Part shown: positions 27,618-40,659 of the stretch, in pieces | How the letters are laid out: each line of letters starts with the position of its first letter | Position numbering within the stretch: position 1 is the first letter of the stretch | Notes under the pieces: generated by a model | What the model saw: the letters and a program-made list of their open reading frames with translations, nothing else | Told to the model about the DNA's origin: nothing | Database searches by the model: none | Program-made: the position numbers and the translations under genes | From: Octopus sinensis | Lineage: Eukaryota | Assembly (NCBI RefSeq): GCF_006345805.1 | Contig: NC_043000.1 | Location: 91,140,001-91,204,000, forward strand | Length of the DNA: 64,000 nucleotides | Direction: 5' to 3'

Positions 27618-27846
27618 TATATATATTTAAATATTTTAAAATGCAATGGTTATTAACTGAGTTTGCAATTTTTAAGTTATTTTTCTTGTTTTCTGTCGTT
27701 TTGGAATATTTGTGTTATAGCTTTTACTTTTATATTTTTGCATATGTTGTGTGTGTGTGTGTGTGTGTGCGTGTGTGTGTGTATAACTTTATTGTTTTGT
27801 ATATGTTTTATTTTAATTTTTTATTACTTTTATTTTATATTTTATG

Positions 27847-28231
27847 TTTTACTTGTTTCGGTCATTAGACTACGGCCATTTTGGGGGCACCGCCTTGAAG
27901 TGTTTAGTCGAACGCATCGATCCCAGTGCTTATTTTTTAAAAGCCAATTATTTAGTGTATCGATCTCTGTTTCCAAATCACTAAGTTACGGGGACCTAAA
28001 CACACAAACTCCGGTTATCAAGCAGTGATGGAGGACAAACACAGTCACAAAAACATGCATACACAGATAAGTGCATACGACGGGCTTCTTTCAGTTTCGT
28101 CTACCAAATCCTCTAACAAAGCTTTCGTTGCCCCAAGGCTATCGAAAATAGCTGCCGAAGGTTTGAGGCAGTGGGACTGAATCCAGAGCCATGTAGCTGG
28201 AAGCAAACTTTTCACCAAACATCTACGCCTG
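27847..28231 (-). mobile_element. SINE family A
   Basis: TTTTACTTGTTTC...CTAAGTTACGGGGAC...CTTCTTTCAGTTTC...CAGTGGGACTGAA. Confidence 0.8.
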
Positions 28232-28764
28232 TACTTGAATATTTTGTTCAAATGATTTTTCACACATTTTACCGTTTGCGTTTTATGTTTTTAAAATGTT
28301 TTCATGAATTTCCACACACCCGATTTTTCAGTAGTTTTTTGCATTGTTATTCATTTTAATGTTTTTTTTATTGTTATGGTTATCCAGTGCTAAGGTCAGC
28401 AATGATCGAATATAGACACGATCAAAGGTGTTCCAGTCATAATCATATTGGCCTTTATTCAAAATGGTTATCTACATTATTAAAAATTCCCAAATTTAAA
28501 AAAAAAAAGCTAGTTGTGTGACCTGAGAGATATTTGGCTACTATTACTAGCAGTCCGAGAGAGGAGGCCCTTTTTAAAGTTCCTTTGTTGTCACTTTTAC
28601 TTTTCTTTTTCGTACTATTATATATTTCCTTTTATGTCCTGTAAATTAGGAGTTCGATAAAAACAAATCGATAACAAACGGAACAGTCTATACTACTGGG
28701 TTGATATAATTGATGAAACTTACTTCGATTTGACAAGGAAGAGCTATGTTACGCTCCTTATAGA

Positions 28765-28926
28765 GGCGCAGGAGTGGCTGTATGTTAAGTAGCTTGTTTA
28801 CAAACCACATGGTTCCGGGTTCATTCCCACTGCGTGGCACCTTGGTCGAGTGTCTTCTACTATAGCCACGGGCCGACCAAACGTTGTGAGAGGATTTGAC
28901 AAACGGAAACAGAAAGAAGCCCGTCG

Positions 28927-29012
<86 letters not shown>

Positions 29013-29252
29013 GTGTGTGTATGTGTGCGTGTGTGTGTATGTTTGTGTGTCTGCGTTTGTACCCCCCACCATCGCTTGACAACCGATGCTGGTGTGTTTA
29101 CATCCCCGTAACTTAGCGGTTCGGCAAAAGAGATCGATAGAATAAGTGCTAGGATTATAAAGAATAAATCTTGGAGTCGATTTGCTCGACTAAAGGCGGT
29201 GCTCCAGCATGGCCACAGTCAAATGACTGAAACAAGTAAAAGAGTAAAAGAG
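28765..29252 (+). mobile_element. SINE family A, full length, with internal (TA)n(TG)n
   Basis: GGCGCAGGAGTGGCTGT head, GGTTCCGGGTTCATTCCC B-box-like, GCACCTTGGTCGAGTGTCTT CORE-like, microsatellite, and a tail ending (GTAAAAGA)2. Confidence 0.88.
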
Positions 29253-30019
29253 ATTCCGTGATTTGTTCAGTGGACGAGGAATCACTGTTCCTTGTAATAT
29301 ACACATTTCTGTTGTTTTTTATGCAAGCCGTATTACATCGAATCTCTCCCTCTGACTAGCAATTCTTGCAAAACTGCTGTTAATTGTCATTAACATTATT
29401 AGAAACATCATTGTTTTTCTTACTTTTTTTAAATGCAAATGTTTGCTGTACTCTCCAGTCCAAATGTATTCCAATTCTCCCTTCTTTTGATTGCTTTTGC
29501 TTTCAAACATTTTTATTGGTCTTCAAATTTTCTTGAAATCCTTAATGGAGTATTTTCGCAGACCAGTAAATAAAAGTCGGCCTCTAAAATAATTGAAAGC
29601 ACACCTGAACTATTTTACAAAATCAACTCATACTGAGAGCTCAGAGTTGAGGCCATTACTTGATTTCAAAGAAAACAAATTAGATCAGATCAATTTTAGT
29701 TTTCATTTTAGAAGTCACTTATTATTAAAATAGAATATTGTAATTTGCTTTAAACGTTGCAATATATATATCAATAAGATGTATGTTTGCGAAAAACGTT
29801 GAGTAATGCAGATGAGGAGTTAAGCAAAATATCGTGGAGTTGTATTCAATTCTTAGGACAAAAAGAAAAGAAATCATATGTGGTTCAACGTAAAAATTTA
29901 GTTCCTACACGTTAAATGGTAATAGCCTTTTTAAGTGCTTACTGGTAGAAGAACAGAAATTATGGACACAAACATTATCAGAAACAGTAAAAACAACAAG
30001 CCCCAGAAATATTCCTTTC

Positions 30020-30425
30020 TATTACAGGCAAAATGCCTGACGTTTGGGGAAGCGCGCTACTCGAATAAATTGACCAAAGAGTTCAACTGATACTTATTTT
30101 ATCGACTACAAAAGACAAAGACGACCTCGGTGATATTTGAAATCAGAACGTAAAGACATGGGAAATACTACTAGCACTTTGTCCTGAGTGCTTACGATTC
30201 TGCCACCTGAGCGGACTTATGCCCTGTAAATAATATTTTCTACTCTATGTACAAGGCCTGAAATTTTGAGTGAGAGGAAAAGTTCATTACATTGATTCCA
30301 GTGATCATTTGATACTCATTTTGTCGGCCCCTAAAAGATGAAAAAGCAAAGGCGACCTCAGTGGACTTCGATGAAATACCACTAAAAAATTTTGTCCGGC
30401 AAATTCACGATTCTGCCAGCTTTGA
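30020..30425 (-). mobile_element. Two degenerate SINE family B copies
   Basis: AAAGACGACCTCGGTGATATTTGAAATCAGAACG and GAAAAAGCAAAGGCGACCTCAGTGG, with GCCTGAAATTTTG tails. Confidence 0.6.
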
Positions 30426-31234
30426 GGCCTTAAATCACAGAAATTATAATAGTAGGTTTCCCAAACAACTGATTTTCAGGTTCCTCCGTTTGTATTACAG
30501 GAAATAGCGAAAGAAAAATTGTTCTATCATTGGGGTCAGATGGCGACGTCACGGTGTCCGAGAATGGGCCTCCTCTCTTATTTCAGAACCACTAGATACA
30601 GTCCATTGTTTTTCGACGACGGGAATGAGATACAGATTGGACGGGGCTGATATAGTATTGATATCAGAGAAAAAGAGAAACAGAAGCGAATTAGCATGAA
30701 TACCGAAATTTGTCAATGAAGAATCCATTTAGTGGGTCCCAATGACTTATTGCCTGTGGCATTATTTGATGCCTATTTTACTTTCTTGTACCCGATCTCA
30801 TGTTAAAAACAAACATCTTATATTATTAGGAATTGTATTAAAAATTGTTAGAATATTTTGTGCATTGTATATGTATCACCAGTTAATTGCTCATAAATAT
30901 TAACGGCAAAATTTTATATGGACCCGCAAGGGTCACATGACCCCGATTGAAAATCACTGAATTGATGGATTTACTGAAGAGACGGAAAGACAAAAATGGC
31001 AAGTATGTGTTGACTGAGCAAGAGATCATGTCTGATTTTACGGAGAGTTTGAATGATAGATTGTTGGTGAAAATACATTAGCAGTATCTAGAATCTATAG
31101 TGGAATTACCCAGCGAAGCTACTCACCTACGCCAATAACAATGATCCTCGCGGTTATCTTTGGTGTATTGGTTTTCAAGACTGGAAGCCAGTAAGATAGA
31201 TAGTAGCATGTCGGTGGTGAGATAGCCTTATTTG

Positions 31235-31317
<83 letters not shown>

Positions 31318-31435
31318 ACACACACAAACAAACACACACACACACCATACATATATATATATATACATATATATACAAGATTTGACTATCCCTTTCTTAT
31401 AAGTACGTTATATTTATTTAAAAAAATTTTTTTAT

Positions 31436-32350
31436 TCTTTTACTTGTTTCTGTCATTTGACTGTGGCCATGCTAGAGTACCGCATCGAAGGGTCTTTAAT
31501 CGGACAAATCGAGCACCGGACTGATTTTTTCAAGCCTAGCATTTATTGTATCGGCTTCTTTTGCTAGGTTACGTAGGCATAAACACACCTACATCGGTTG
31601 TCAAGCAGTGATGGAGGCAAATACAAACACAAAGACACATACATACATACACACACATACATACATACATACATACATACATACATACATACATACATAC
31701 ATACATACATACTTACATACATACATACATTCATACATACATACATATATATATATATACATATACGACAAGCTTCTTTCAGTTTCATCTACCAAATACA
31801 CTCAAAATTCTTTGGTCGGCCCGAGGCTATAATAGAAGACACTTGCCCTATGTGCCACGCAGTGGGACTGAACCGGAAAACATGTTGTTGGAAAGAAAGC
31901 CAGATACTTATCACACAGGCACGCCTGCGTCTACTTTCTCTCTTTTACGCTCTTTTACGTGTTTCAATCATTTGACTGCGGCCATGCTGAAGCACCGCCT
32001 TTAGTCGAGCAAATCAACCTCAGAGCTTATTTTGTGTAAGCCTAGTTCTTATTCTATCGGTCTTTTTTTGCCGAACTGCTAAGTTACGGGGACGTAAACA
32101 CACCAGCATCGGTTGTCAAGTGATTGGGGGGGGGGGGCAAACACGGACACACAAATATATACACACATACACACACACACATATATATATATACATATAC
32201 GACGAGCTTCTTTCAGTTTCGGTCTACGAAATCCACTCACAAGGCTTTGGTCGGCCCGAGGCTATAATAGAAGACACTCGCCCTAGGTGCCACGCAGTGG
32301 GACTGAACCCATGACGATGTGGTTGGTAAGCAAGTTACTTACCACACATC
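31436..32350 (-). mobile_element. Tandem pair of SINE family A (about 31436-31930 and 31945-32350)
   Basis: Two consecutive complete tail-microsatellite-head units on the minus strand. Confidence 0.85.
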
Positions 32351-32976
32351 CACTAGTGCGCTTTTTTTAAATATGTAAAAGATTTCCTTTAGCCCCGGTC
32401 AAATTTTCAAAATTTATATTTAGATACGTACATCGCTAGAGGTGTTGAAACCCAATTTTAACACATTGCTTGTTATGGGCTTTTCTTCTTCTTCGTCTTC
32501 TTCATGCTACATGTTCTGAGTTCAAACGCAGCTAGAGTTCATATTGTCTTTCATTCACAAAGGGTCGATGAAATAAGCACCTGTGTCGATGGAATCAACT
32601 AGTCCCCTACCCGCCAAAAATTCCAGGCCTCGTGAAAAGAATTATTACTATTACTCTGAATCTGATTTTTTAAAAAAAATAATAAAATGTTTTTTTTGTT
32701 TTGTTTTTTGGTGATTTTATTTTTGCACTTCTCTTCAGCCTTAGTTTTTGCTTGTGTGTGTGTGTGTGTGTGTGTATGTGAGTGCGTACATGCGTGTATA
32801 TATGTTTGTGTTTAACTTTGTTTGTTAGTCTTCAGACTTGTCAGTGGAAAAAATTACTAATTGCTTAGTGGGTCAGTTCGAATCGCAATTAATTTTGCGC
32901 ACATTTTCTTTGTCAAACATACAAGCATATATACATACATACATACACACATGTATGTATATATATGAATGTATAT

Positions 32977-33042
<66 letters not shown>

Positions 33043-33356
33043 ATATATATATACATGCGCGTGCATGTGTGTGTGTGTTTGTGAGTTGAGTGTTTATTTG
33101 TATGTATGAGTATGTGAAAATGCGTGTTGTGTTTGTCTGCGTGACCCTATACGTGAGCGCGTGTGCGTGTGTCTGCGTGTGAAAGGGAGATAATTTGACA
33201 AATTTAAATTTGTTTATATACTTGTTCTGCTTTTAAGCTTGATTTTCTTTTTTCCCCCCCTTTTTGCAGTAATGTTTTCCTTTCTTGCGCACCAGTAAAC
33301 AACCCTCCTCACACCCCTCCCCCTTCACTTTTCATTACTTCTTCTTCGACTGATTA

Positions 33357-33623
33357 TTGTTGACAATAGAGAAGTTGCTGTTGCTGTTGTTTTTGTTGTT
33401 GATGTTATTGTTGTTGTTGTTGCTGTTGTTGTTGTTGGTGGTGGTGGTTGTGTTATCCTTGTTTTCATTATCATCATCATCATTAATCTCCTTTCAGCAG
33501 AAGCCCTTGTTGCAAATCAACAGGAAAATCATCATTATCATCATGATCAGCTATAGTGGCATGACCACCACCACCACCACCACCACCACAAGCACGATCA
33601 ACACCACTACTACTAGCATCATT

Positions 33624-33669
<46 letters not shown>

Positions 33670-33970
33670 CCAGCTTCATCATCCGCAGCAGGAGGATCGC
33701 CACGACGACGACGACGACGACTACTACCACCACCACCACTGCCACGGTTACCATTATCAATATCATTATCATCACCATTCTCATCATCTTCAAGAGCATC
33801 ATGACTACTACCATTTTCGATATCATCATCATCATCATCATCCTCATCAACATCATCATCGTCATCGTCATCATTATCATCATCAGAATCCTCCTCCTCC
33901 CCATCATTGTCATCATCATAATCAGCCTCCTCCTCCTCCTTCTCATCATTATTATTATTATCATCATTAC

Positions 33971-34018
<48 letters not shown>

Positions 34019-34227
34019 CATTATTATTATTATTATTGTTTACTTGTTGACATTTCAATTAATCACCACACATTAACATTATTGAGTAGAATAACAACTG
34101 AACTCTTATTTATTTTTTAGCATTTGTATATATTTTTCGATTTTTTTTTCTGTTTTTATACCCGCGTTACAATTTGCATTTATTTTTTTGCATGATTTAA
34201 AATAAATTTTTCTTTTAAATCGTTCAC

Positions 34228-34287
<60 letters not shown>

Positions 34288-34330
34288 CATTATTATATTA
34301 TTATTATTATTATCATTATTATTATTATTA

Positions 34331-34371
<41 letters not shown>

Positions 34372-34387
34372 TATTATTATTATTATA

Positions 34388-34425
<38 letters not shown>

Positions 34426-34482
34426 GATTATTATTTTATGCTTGACTTTTGCTTATTATTACTATTACCATTATTATTATTA

Positions 34483-34521
<39 letters not shown>

Positions 34522-34575
34522 TACTATCATCATCATCATTATCATCATTATTATTATCATTATTATCATTATTAC
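33357..34575. repeat. Compound trinucleotide low-complexity region (TTG, ATC, ACC, ACG, TCC, ATT)
   Basis: Direct reading. Confidence 0.9.
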
Positions 34576-35413
34576 TTTGTTTTATTTATCATTAATGCTT
34601 GATAGTTGTGGAGAAGCTCAAGATATATAAGGCGTACGCTATTAAAAACTTACAAGACTTCATGCCCATTATTTCGTTATTCAGCACATATCAATCAACA
34701 CTGAGCGAGCAAACCTGCAACCGATGGCATATTAGCATTTAAGAAGTTAAAACGTACGCCATTCATCACAGCACCGACTCTTCAGCTTCTTCAGTAATGT
34801 AACTACACGTTAGCAATTACTGTTCCACTTTTGGACTTTTCCCTTTCTCCTTTCCGAAGAAGAGCTATGCTCGAAACTCCAAACTCTGTCTTTTACCGAA
34901 CGTCATGTTAATACGTTTCTTCTGTACATCCTCACGTACGTTTTTTTTTTTTTTTTTGAGCGTTTTATTGAATTCACTAATATGTATATATATATAAGTC
35001 ACATGCTAAGTTACCACACAGTGGGACTGAACTTACGACCATGTGTTTTGGAACCAAGTTTGTTACCACACAGCCACACCTGCACCTATGTATGTGTGTG
35101 TGTATGTGTGCATGGGTGTATATATGTATATATATATATGTATACTTGAAGGCGCAATGGCTCAGTGGTTAGTGCAAGAAGGAATATCAGTTAAATTGAT
35201 ATTACGATTTCGAATTCAGCGCCAAAATCACGCTTAATTCGTTAACTTTGATATATATTATGAGTATTAATGATCTTTATCTATTGTTATAAAAAACTTG
35301 TATTCACTTAAAAAAAACTTGTATTCACTTAACTCATTTTCCTCAGTGCGGATTGGGCGCTGAAACGAACATAGGCATTGGTTGAAGTGATATATAAGAG
35401 TTTGTTACTAGTA

Positions 35414-35475
35414 GACTTGACTGATGAGAATCAAGCGTGTTTTTGGTGCTAAATTCGAAATCACGATATCAAGTT
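35414..35475 (+). ncRNA. Type I hammerhead ribozyme motif (Penelope pLTR-like minimal type)
   Basis: Stem I GACUUGA/UCAAGUU; core CUGAUGA (35421-27); stem II GAAU/AUUC, extended by AGC/GCU; GAAA (35457-60); short stem III UCACGA; U-A cleavage site after 35468. Confidence 0.7.
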
Positions 35476-35639
35476 AGCTGACGTCCCTTCTTGCTATTTT
35501 GCAGAGGTAAGACGCAGTCTTTATTTCACTTAATATTTTTTCCAACTATGCCTGTGATAATATAATGGTAACTTTTGTGATTTTGTCTCCTTTCTTTAGC
35601 AAAGCTGCTGCGTAAAAAAGCGCCCATCTTATATATAAT

Positions 35640-35676
<37 letters not shown>

Positions 35677-35681
<5 letters not shown>

Positions 35682-35844
35682 CATAACGGGCATCAGCCAT
35701 CTGAATGTGGCTAGGGACAGGGCAGAGCGGTGGGGTGTTACTGATGCATTTAGCCCCAGGCGATCATCAAATGCATCAGTAACACCCCCACCGCCCTGCC
35801 CTGTCCCTAGCCACATTCAGATGGCTGATGCCCCTAATGTTATA
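35677..35844. repeat. 168-bp near-perfect hairpin element (75/76-bp arms, 17-nt loop) beside a (TA)n run
   Basis: GGGCATCAGCCATCTGAATGTGGCTAGGGACAGGGCAG...TTACTGATGCATTT pairs with 35769-35844 with only a few mismatches. Confidence 0.88.
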
Positions 35845-35885
35845 GAGCAGTTACTGTTTATATCTCGTTTAGAGATTTATTATTG

Positions 35886-35930
<45 letters not shown>

Positions 35931-35993
35931 TTTTGCCAATATGGTTTTAGTTTGCGGCCACTAACATTAATATACCTCATGTGTATCAATGTT

Positions 35994-36027
<34 letters not shown>

Positions 36028-36811
36028 CAAATATTCATTTAAGTTATAAGACTATAGAAACTTCGAAAGAGCGTGAGATAATTCATTCTAACTGTAGAAC
36101 TCAAAGTAATTAATGCCATAACATAGCATGTAGATATTCGGGTACAAACGCCTTTTGATTTTAAAATGTCTCTCGGGACGTCTTCGAATATTTCTACCCA
36201 GAATTCGCCTTTTATTCACAGATTTATCTACTTTGAGTTATACAGTAAGGACGATATATATTTATACCTGTATATATGATTATTCTTTATGCTTTCAATA
36301 ATTTTACTGCATCCATGTTGTAGCACTGTCTTGTTGAATTTAGAAGATTCAATGTATTCCAGTTCTTTAGTTTTAAAGCTTGTTCTCTGTTCCACCGTCC
36401 ACATTTTGTTAAACCGTGTTGAGTGGATGATACAAAGACGTGTATAAACATATACACGCAATATACAAACATACATTCATGCATACATACATACATGCAT
36501 ACATACATACATGAATACATACATTCTGTTCTCGGACAGAGTGCAAGAAAAACCATCGCGGACCCTCCAAATACAATATATTAGTGGAACAGAGATGTGT
36601 ATGACATTCCCCAAATTCTCCATTTGAGATTCTTATGTGAATAGATGCAGACACACACGTCGCCAGCTCGACCAGCACAGCAGCTCAGTCACATATTTAC
36701 AAACACAGGGAATTCTCCTCACTAAAAATATATTGTCGCTTTGTTAGCGACCGGCTTGAACTGTTTCAATAACTTAATTAAGCACAAAGAAAAATCATAC
36801 ACACGTACATA

Positions 36812-37019
36812 CAGTAATCCCTCGACTATCGTGGTTGATACGTTCCAAAATCTCACACAGAGGTTTAATTAAAATCTTTAAAAAATATAAATACCTATCG
36901 GCCGCAGAAACCCAGATATACTGAGATGTTCGAGATATATATTTACATATATTAGCCAGAAAAATCCGCAATGTACTGAGTGCGCGGTAGGTGAACCGCA
37001 ATATGGCGAGAGATTACTG
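36812..37019. mobile_element. Tigger/pogo-like MITE (208 bp)
   Basis: TA|CAGTAATCCCTCGACTATCG ... GGCGAGAGATTACTG|TA. Confidence 0.75.
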
Positions 37020-37164
37020 TACATACATACATACATACATACATACATACATACATACATACATACATACATACATACATACATACATACATACGTACGT
37101 ACGTACGTACGTACATACATACATACATACATACATACATACATACATACATACATACATGCAT

Positions 37165-37823
37165 ACATACATAAAAATCAGTATTTACATGTCTTTTATT
37201 GGGGCGCTGGAATATGCAGCACATAGCCTAAATACCAATCTTGAGAAATTAGGATTCTCAAAACCAGAAAAGAGAAAGCTGATTCGAAGATTACAGATCC
37301 AATTCCTTCACTGGAACTGTAAAAATCTGTAAAACTCTCCAGAAGTTTATCATTTAAATATATATGAACATCTACGAGAAGACACGTAAAACAAAAGACC
37401 TAAATCTGCAGGTATACACACATGCATACATAAATACATACTCACATACATACATACTCACATACATACATACATACATACATACATACATACATCATAC
37501 ATACATACATACATACATGCATACATACATAAAAATCAGTATTTACATGTCTTTTATTGGGGCGCTGGAATATGCAGCACATAGCCTAAATACCAATCTT
37601 GAGAAATTAGGATTCTCAAAACCAGAAAAGAGAAAGCTGATTGGAAGATTACAGATCCAATTCCTTCACTGAACTGTAAAAATCTGTAAAACTCTCCAGA
37701 AGTTTATCATTTAAATATATATGAACATCTACGAGAAGACACGTAAAACAAAAGACCTAAATCTGCAGGTATACACACATGCATACATAAATACATACTC
37801 ACATACATACATACTCACATACA

Positions 37824-37855
<32 letters not shown>

Positions 37856-37955
37856 ATGTTGGTGTTGAAAATCCAATGAAGGAGCTTTGGATCTGGGTTA
37901 GAAACCGGCTTTTCTCTATTAGAAAGAAAACTTGGTATAAAACTGAATAATAACA
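37165..37955 (+). mobile_element. RLE non-LTR retrotransposon 3' end embedded in (CATA)n, tandemly duplicated (about 37165-37495 and 37523-37955)
   Basis: Translation ...FIGALEYAAHSLNTNLEKLGFSKPEKRKLIRRLQIQ-(frameshift)-TGTVKICKTLQKFII* fits the IGALG...LQ...GTxKI C-terminus of RLE elements; (CATA)n on both sides. Confidence 0.65.
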
Positions 37956-38229
37956 TACATACGTATATGCATACATGCATGCATACGTACATACATACAT
38001 AATACATACATACATACATACATACATACATACATACATACATACATACATACATACATACATGTATACATACATGTATACATACATGCGCATATATTTA
38101 TACGTACATGATGGTAACTCCTGTCGATTTCAACGTATGAGTGTTTGAATGAGAGGATTTAAAAAAAAAAGGTGAAACGAAGCAAAATCAGCTTTGAAAA
38201 TAAAAGGAATAAAAGAAGCTGCATATATT

Positions 38230-38925
38230 TGCGATAGATGTGTGAATGAAATTTGAGTCTATGAATGGATTTTGCTATGAAGTCACAGTGAGGATACTGA
38301 TGATTCTGATTTTGCCTGGGATTGGTTAAATGTGTATGTTGATTCCATGATATCGTTCTTTTATTATTCTGTTTCTTCAACTCAGATTGTTTGGATGTAC
38401 CATGACATTTTACGCATGCAGATCGATTTAGGCAATGACTTTCCCAAGATGTCAAATTAAGTTGCAGAGACTTCAATGATTGCTTCAAATTGTCCTTGTT
38501 TCTCAGGACAAATCTTCCCTTAACGCGGTGTCCCTCTATTTGTTGGCTATACAAAGGAATTTCCGTAAAGCGGTCATCTTTCTTTGGAACAATGTTCTAT
38601 CCATCTGCATTGAATTCTCAGCAGCATGCGATTGATACTGGAGATATCCTATTTTTCTAAGGTTTTTACATTTGATATCTTATCTTGTCGTTTTGTTGCA
38701 GATATTGCACAGAGAGCACAAGTGAAAAGTTTCATTTTTCTTTACATGTCTCTAGTAAGGAGTCCATGCTTTTACCCCATAGAAAAATGTGCTCAAAATA
38801 CAAGATTGGCATGTACTTATTTTAGTTTTGAGACTGACGCCATGTTTATCCCACGAACGACGGGAAAGCTTTCCAAAGCATTTGTAGCCTTTCATATTCT
38901 AACATTGATTTCGTGAACAAGAGTA
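38230..38925 (-). mobile_element. Degenerate RTE-clade LINE ORF 3' region
   Basis: Minus-strand frames give EINVRI*KATNA..GKLSRRSWDKHGVSLKTKI...FYGVKAWTPY*RHVKK...QDKISN...GRFVLRNKDNLKQSLK...WESHCLNRS...YPHCDF. This matches the RTE post-RT pattern (TKxxxY..LLYGxExW, WQDKIxN, GRPxLRYKD). Confidence 0.8.
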
Positions 38926-38990
38926 CTCTTAAATTTTACTGTACTTTCAAAATATTACATACACATACATATATTCGCACGCACACGCGC

Positions 38991-39054
<64 letters not shown>

Positions 39055-39058
<4 letters not shown>

Positions 39059-39205
39059 TCATACATATGCATAACAGACGCCCGCATAGTTTCCTCTACC
39101 AAATCCTCACAAAGCATTGATATATCCGGACTATAGTAAAAAGACAGCTTATGAAAGGTGTAACGTACAGAAAACAACGCGATTGGGAAACGAACTGCTA
39201 TAACC
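39055..39205 (-). mobile_element. SINE family A 5' half (degenerate)
   Basis: GTTTCCTCTACCAAATCCTCACAAAG...ACTATAGTAAAAGACA...GATTGGGAAACGAAC. Confidence 0.6.
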
Positions 39206-39793
39206 ATACTACTACGATTCCAAAAAATATGAATACCAAAGGAAATTAAGATGGGAAAAAATATATTCTTTGATAATTTTTATTCCTTAATTTTGCAAAC
39301 CACGTTCACAAGATTTATAATAAACACGAGTAGAGCAAGGTAAGTGATGATCATTACTTTTCACATATATGTATGTGCGTATGTGTGTACGTATGTATAT
39401 ATTATGTATGTAAATATATATGTATGTATGTGTATATGTATGGATGTAGACGTGTGTCTATGCATTTGCGTATGTGTGTATGTGTCTGTGGTGTCTGTAC
39501 GTATGTTTGTGTGTATGTTTACTTGTACATAAATGTGCATGCAGGAGGTTTTGTGCATGAGTGCAAATTATTAATCAATTCGTGTGAGTTACAATCAGTA
39601 TCTGCTTGTAATTTGGCCCTCTTTGTTATTTTGCAGTGTGTAGGTAGGAAGGTATATAATTAATTAATTAAATACAAACAATATTTTTTAGAAGTATATG
39701 CATATATATATATATATATGTAAATGTTTGCATATATACATCTACAAGTACAGATACATACACATGTATATATATATATGTATATATATATAT

Positions 39794-40366
<573 letters not shown>

Positions 40367-40659
40367 TATTGTCGTACACTTTGTGAAGTAAAAAAGTAAA
40401 AGGGAAAATAAACAAATTTGGTGCATTATGTATGTATTAAGTAAAATACCAGCTATTTAATTACGTATTTGCATTCATTATAATTAACAAAAGATTTTCA
40501 TTAATTCCTTATTATTTATAGAAAGTGTGCAAAGTTTTGGTGTAGAACAAGTGGAGAAGGAAGCGCACCCAGGTAAAACAATATCTAGCCCTTTCTATTT
40601 ATCGGTTAAAAGGAAGTAACGTTTCTTTGTTTAATATGTCATAATATGCCAAATACGCG

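Noticed and set aside
30452-30960. Possible hAT element ends (CAGTGATTTTCAATC on the minus strand at 30960)
   Set aside because: The partner TIR is too degenerate and no 8-bp TSD was seen.
33483-34058. 191-aa Asn/Asp/Gly-rich ORF resembling an acidic matrix protein
   Set aside because: It is built wholly from abutting triplet repeats, is open in several frames, and has no signal peptide or splice context.
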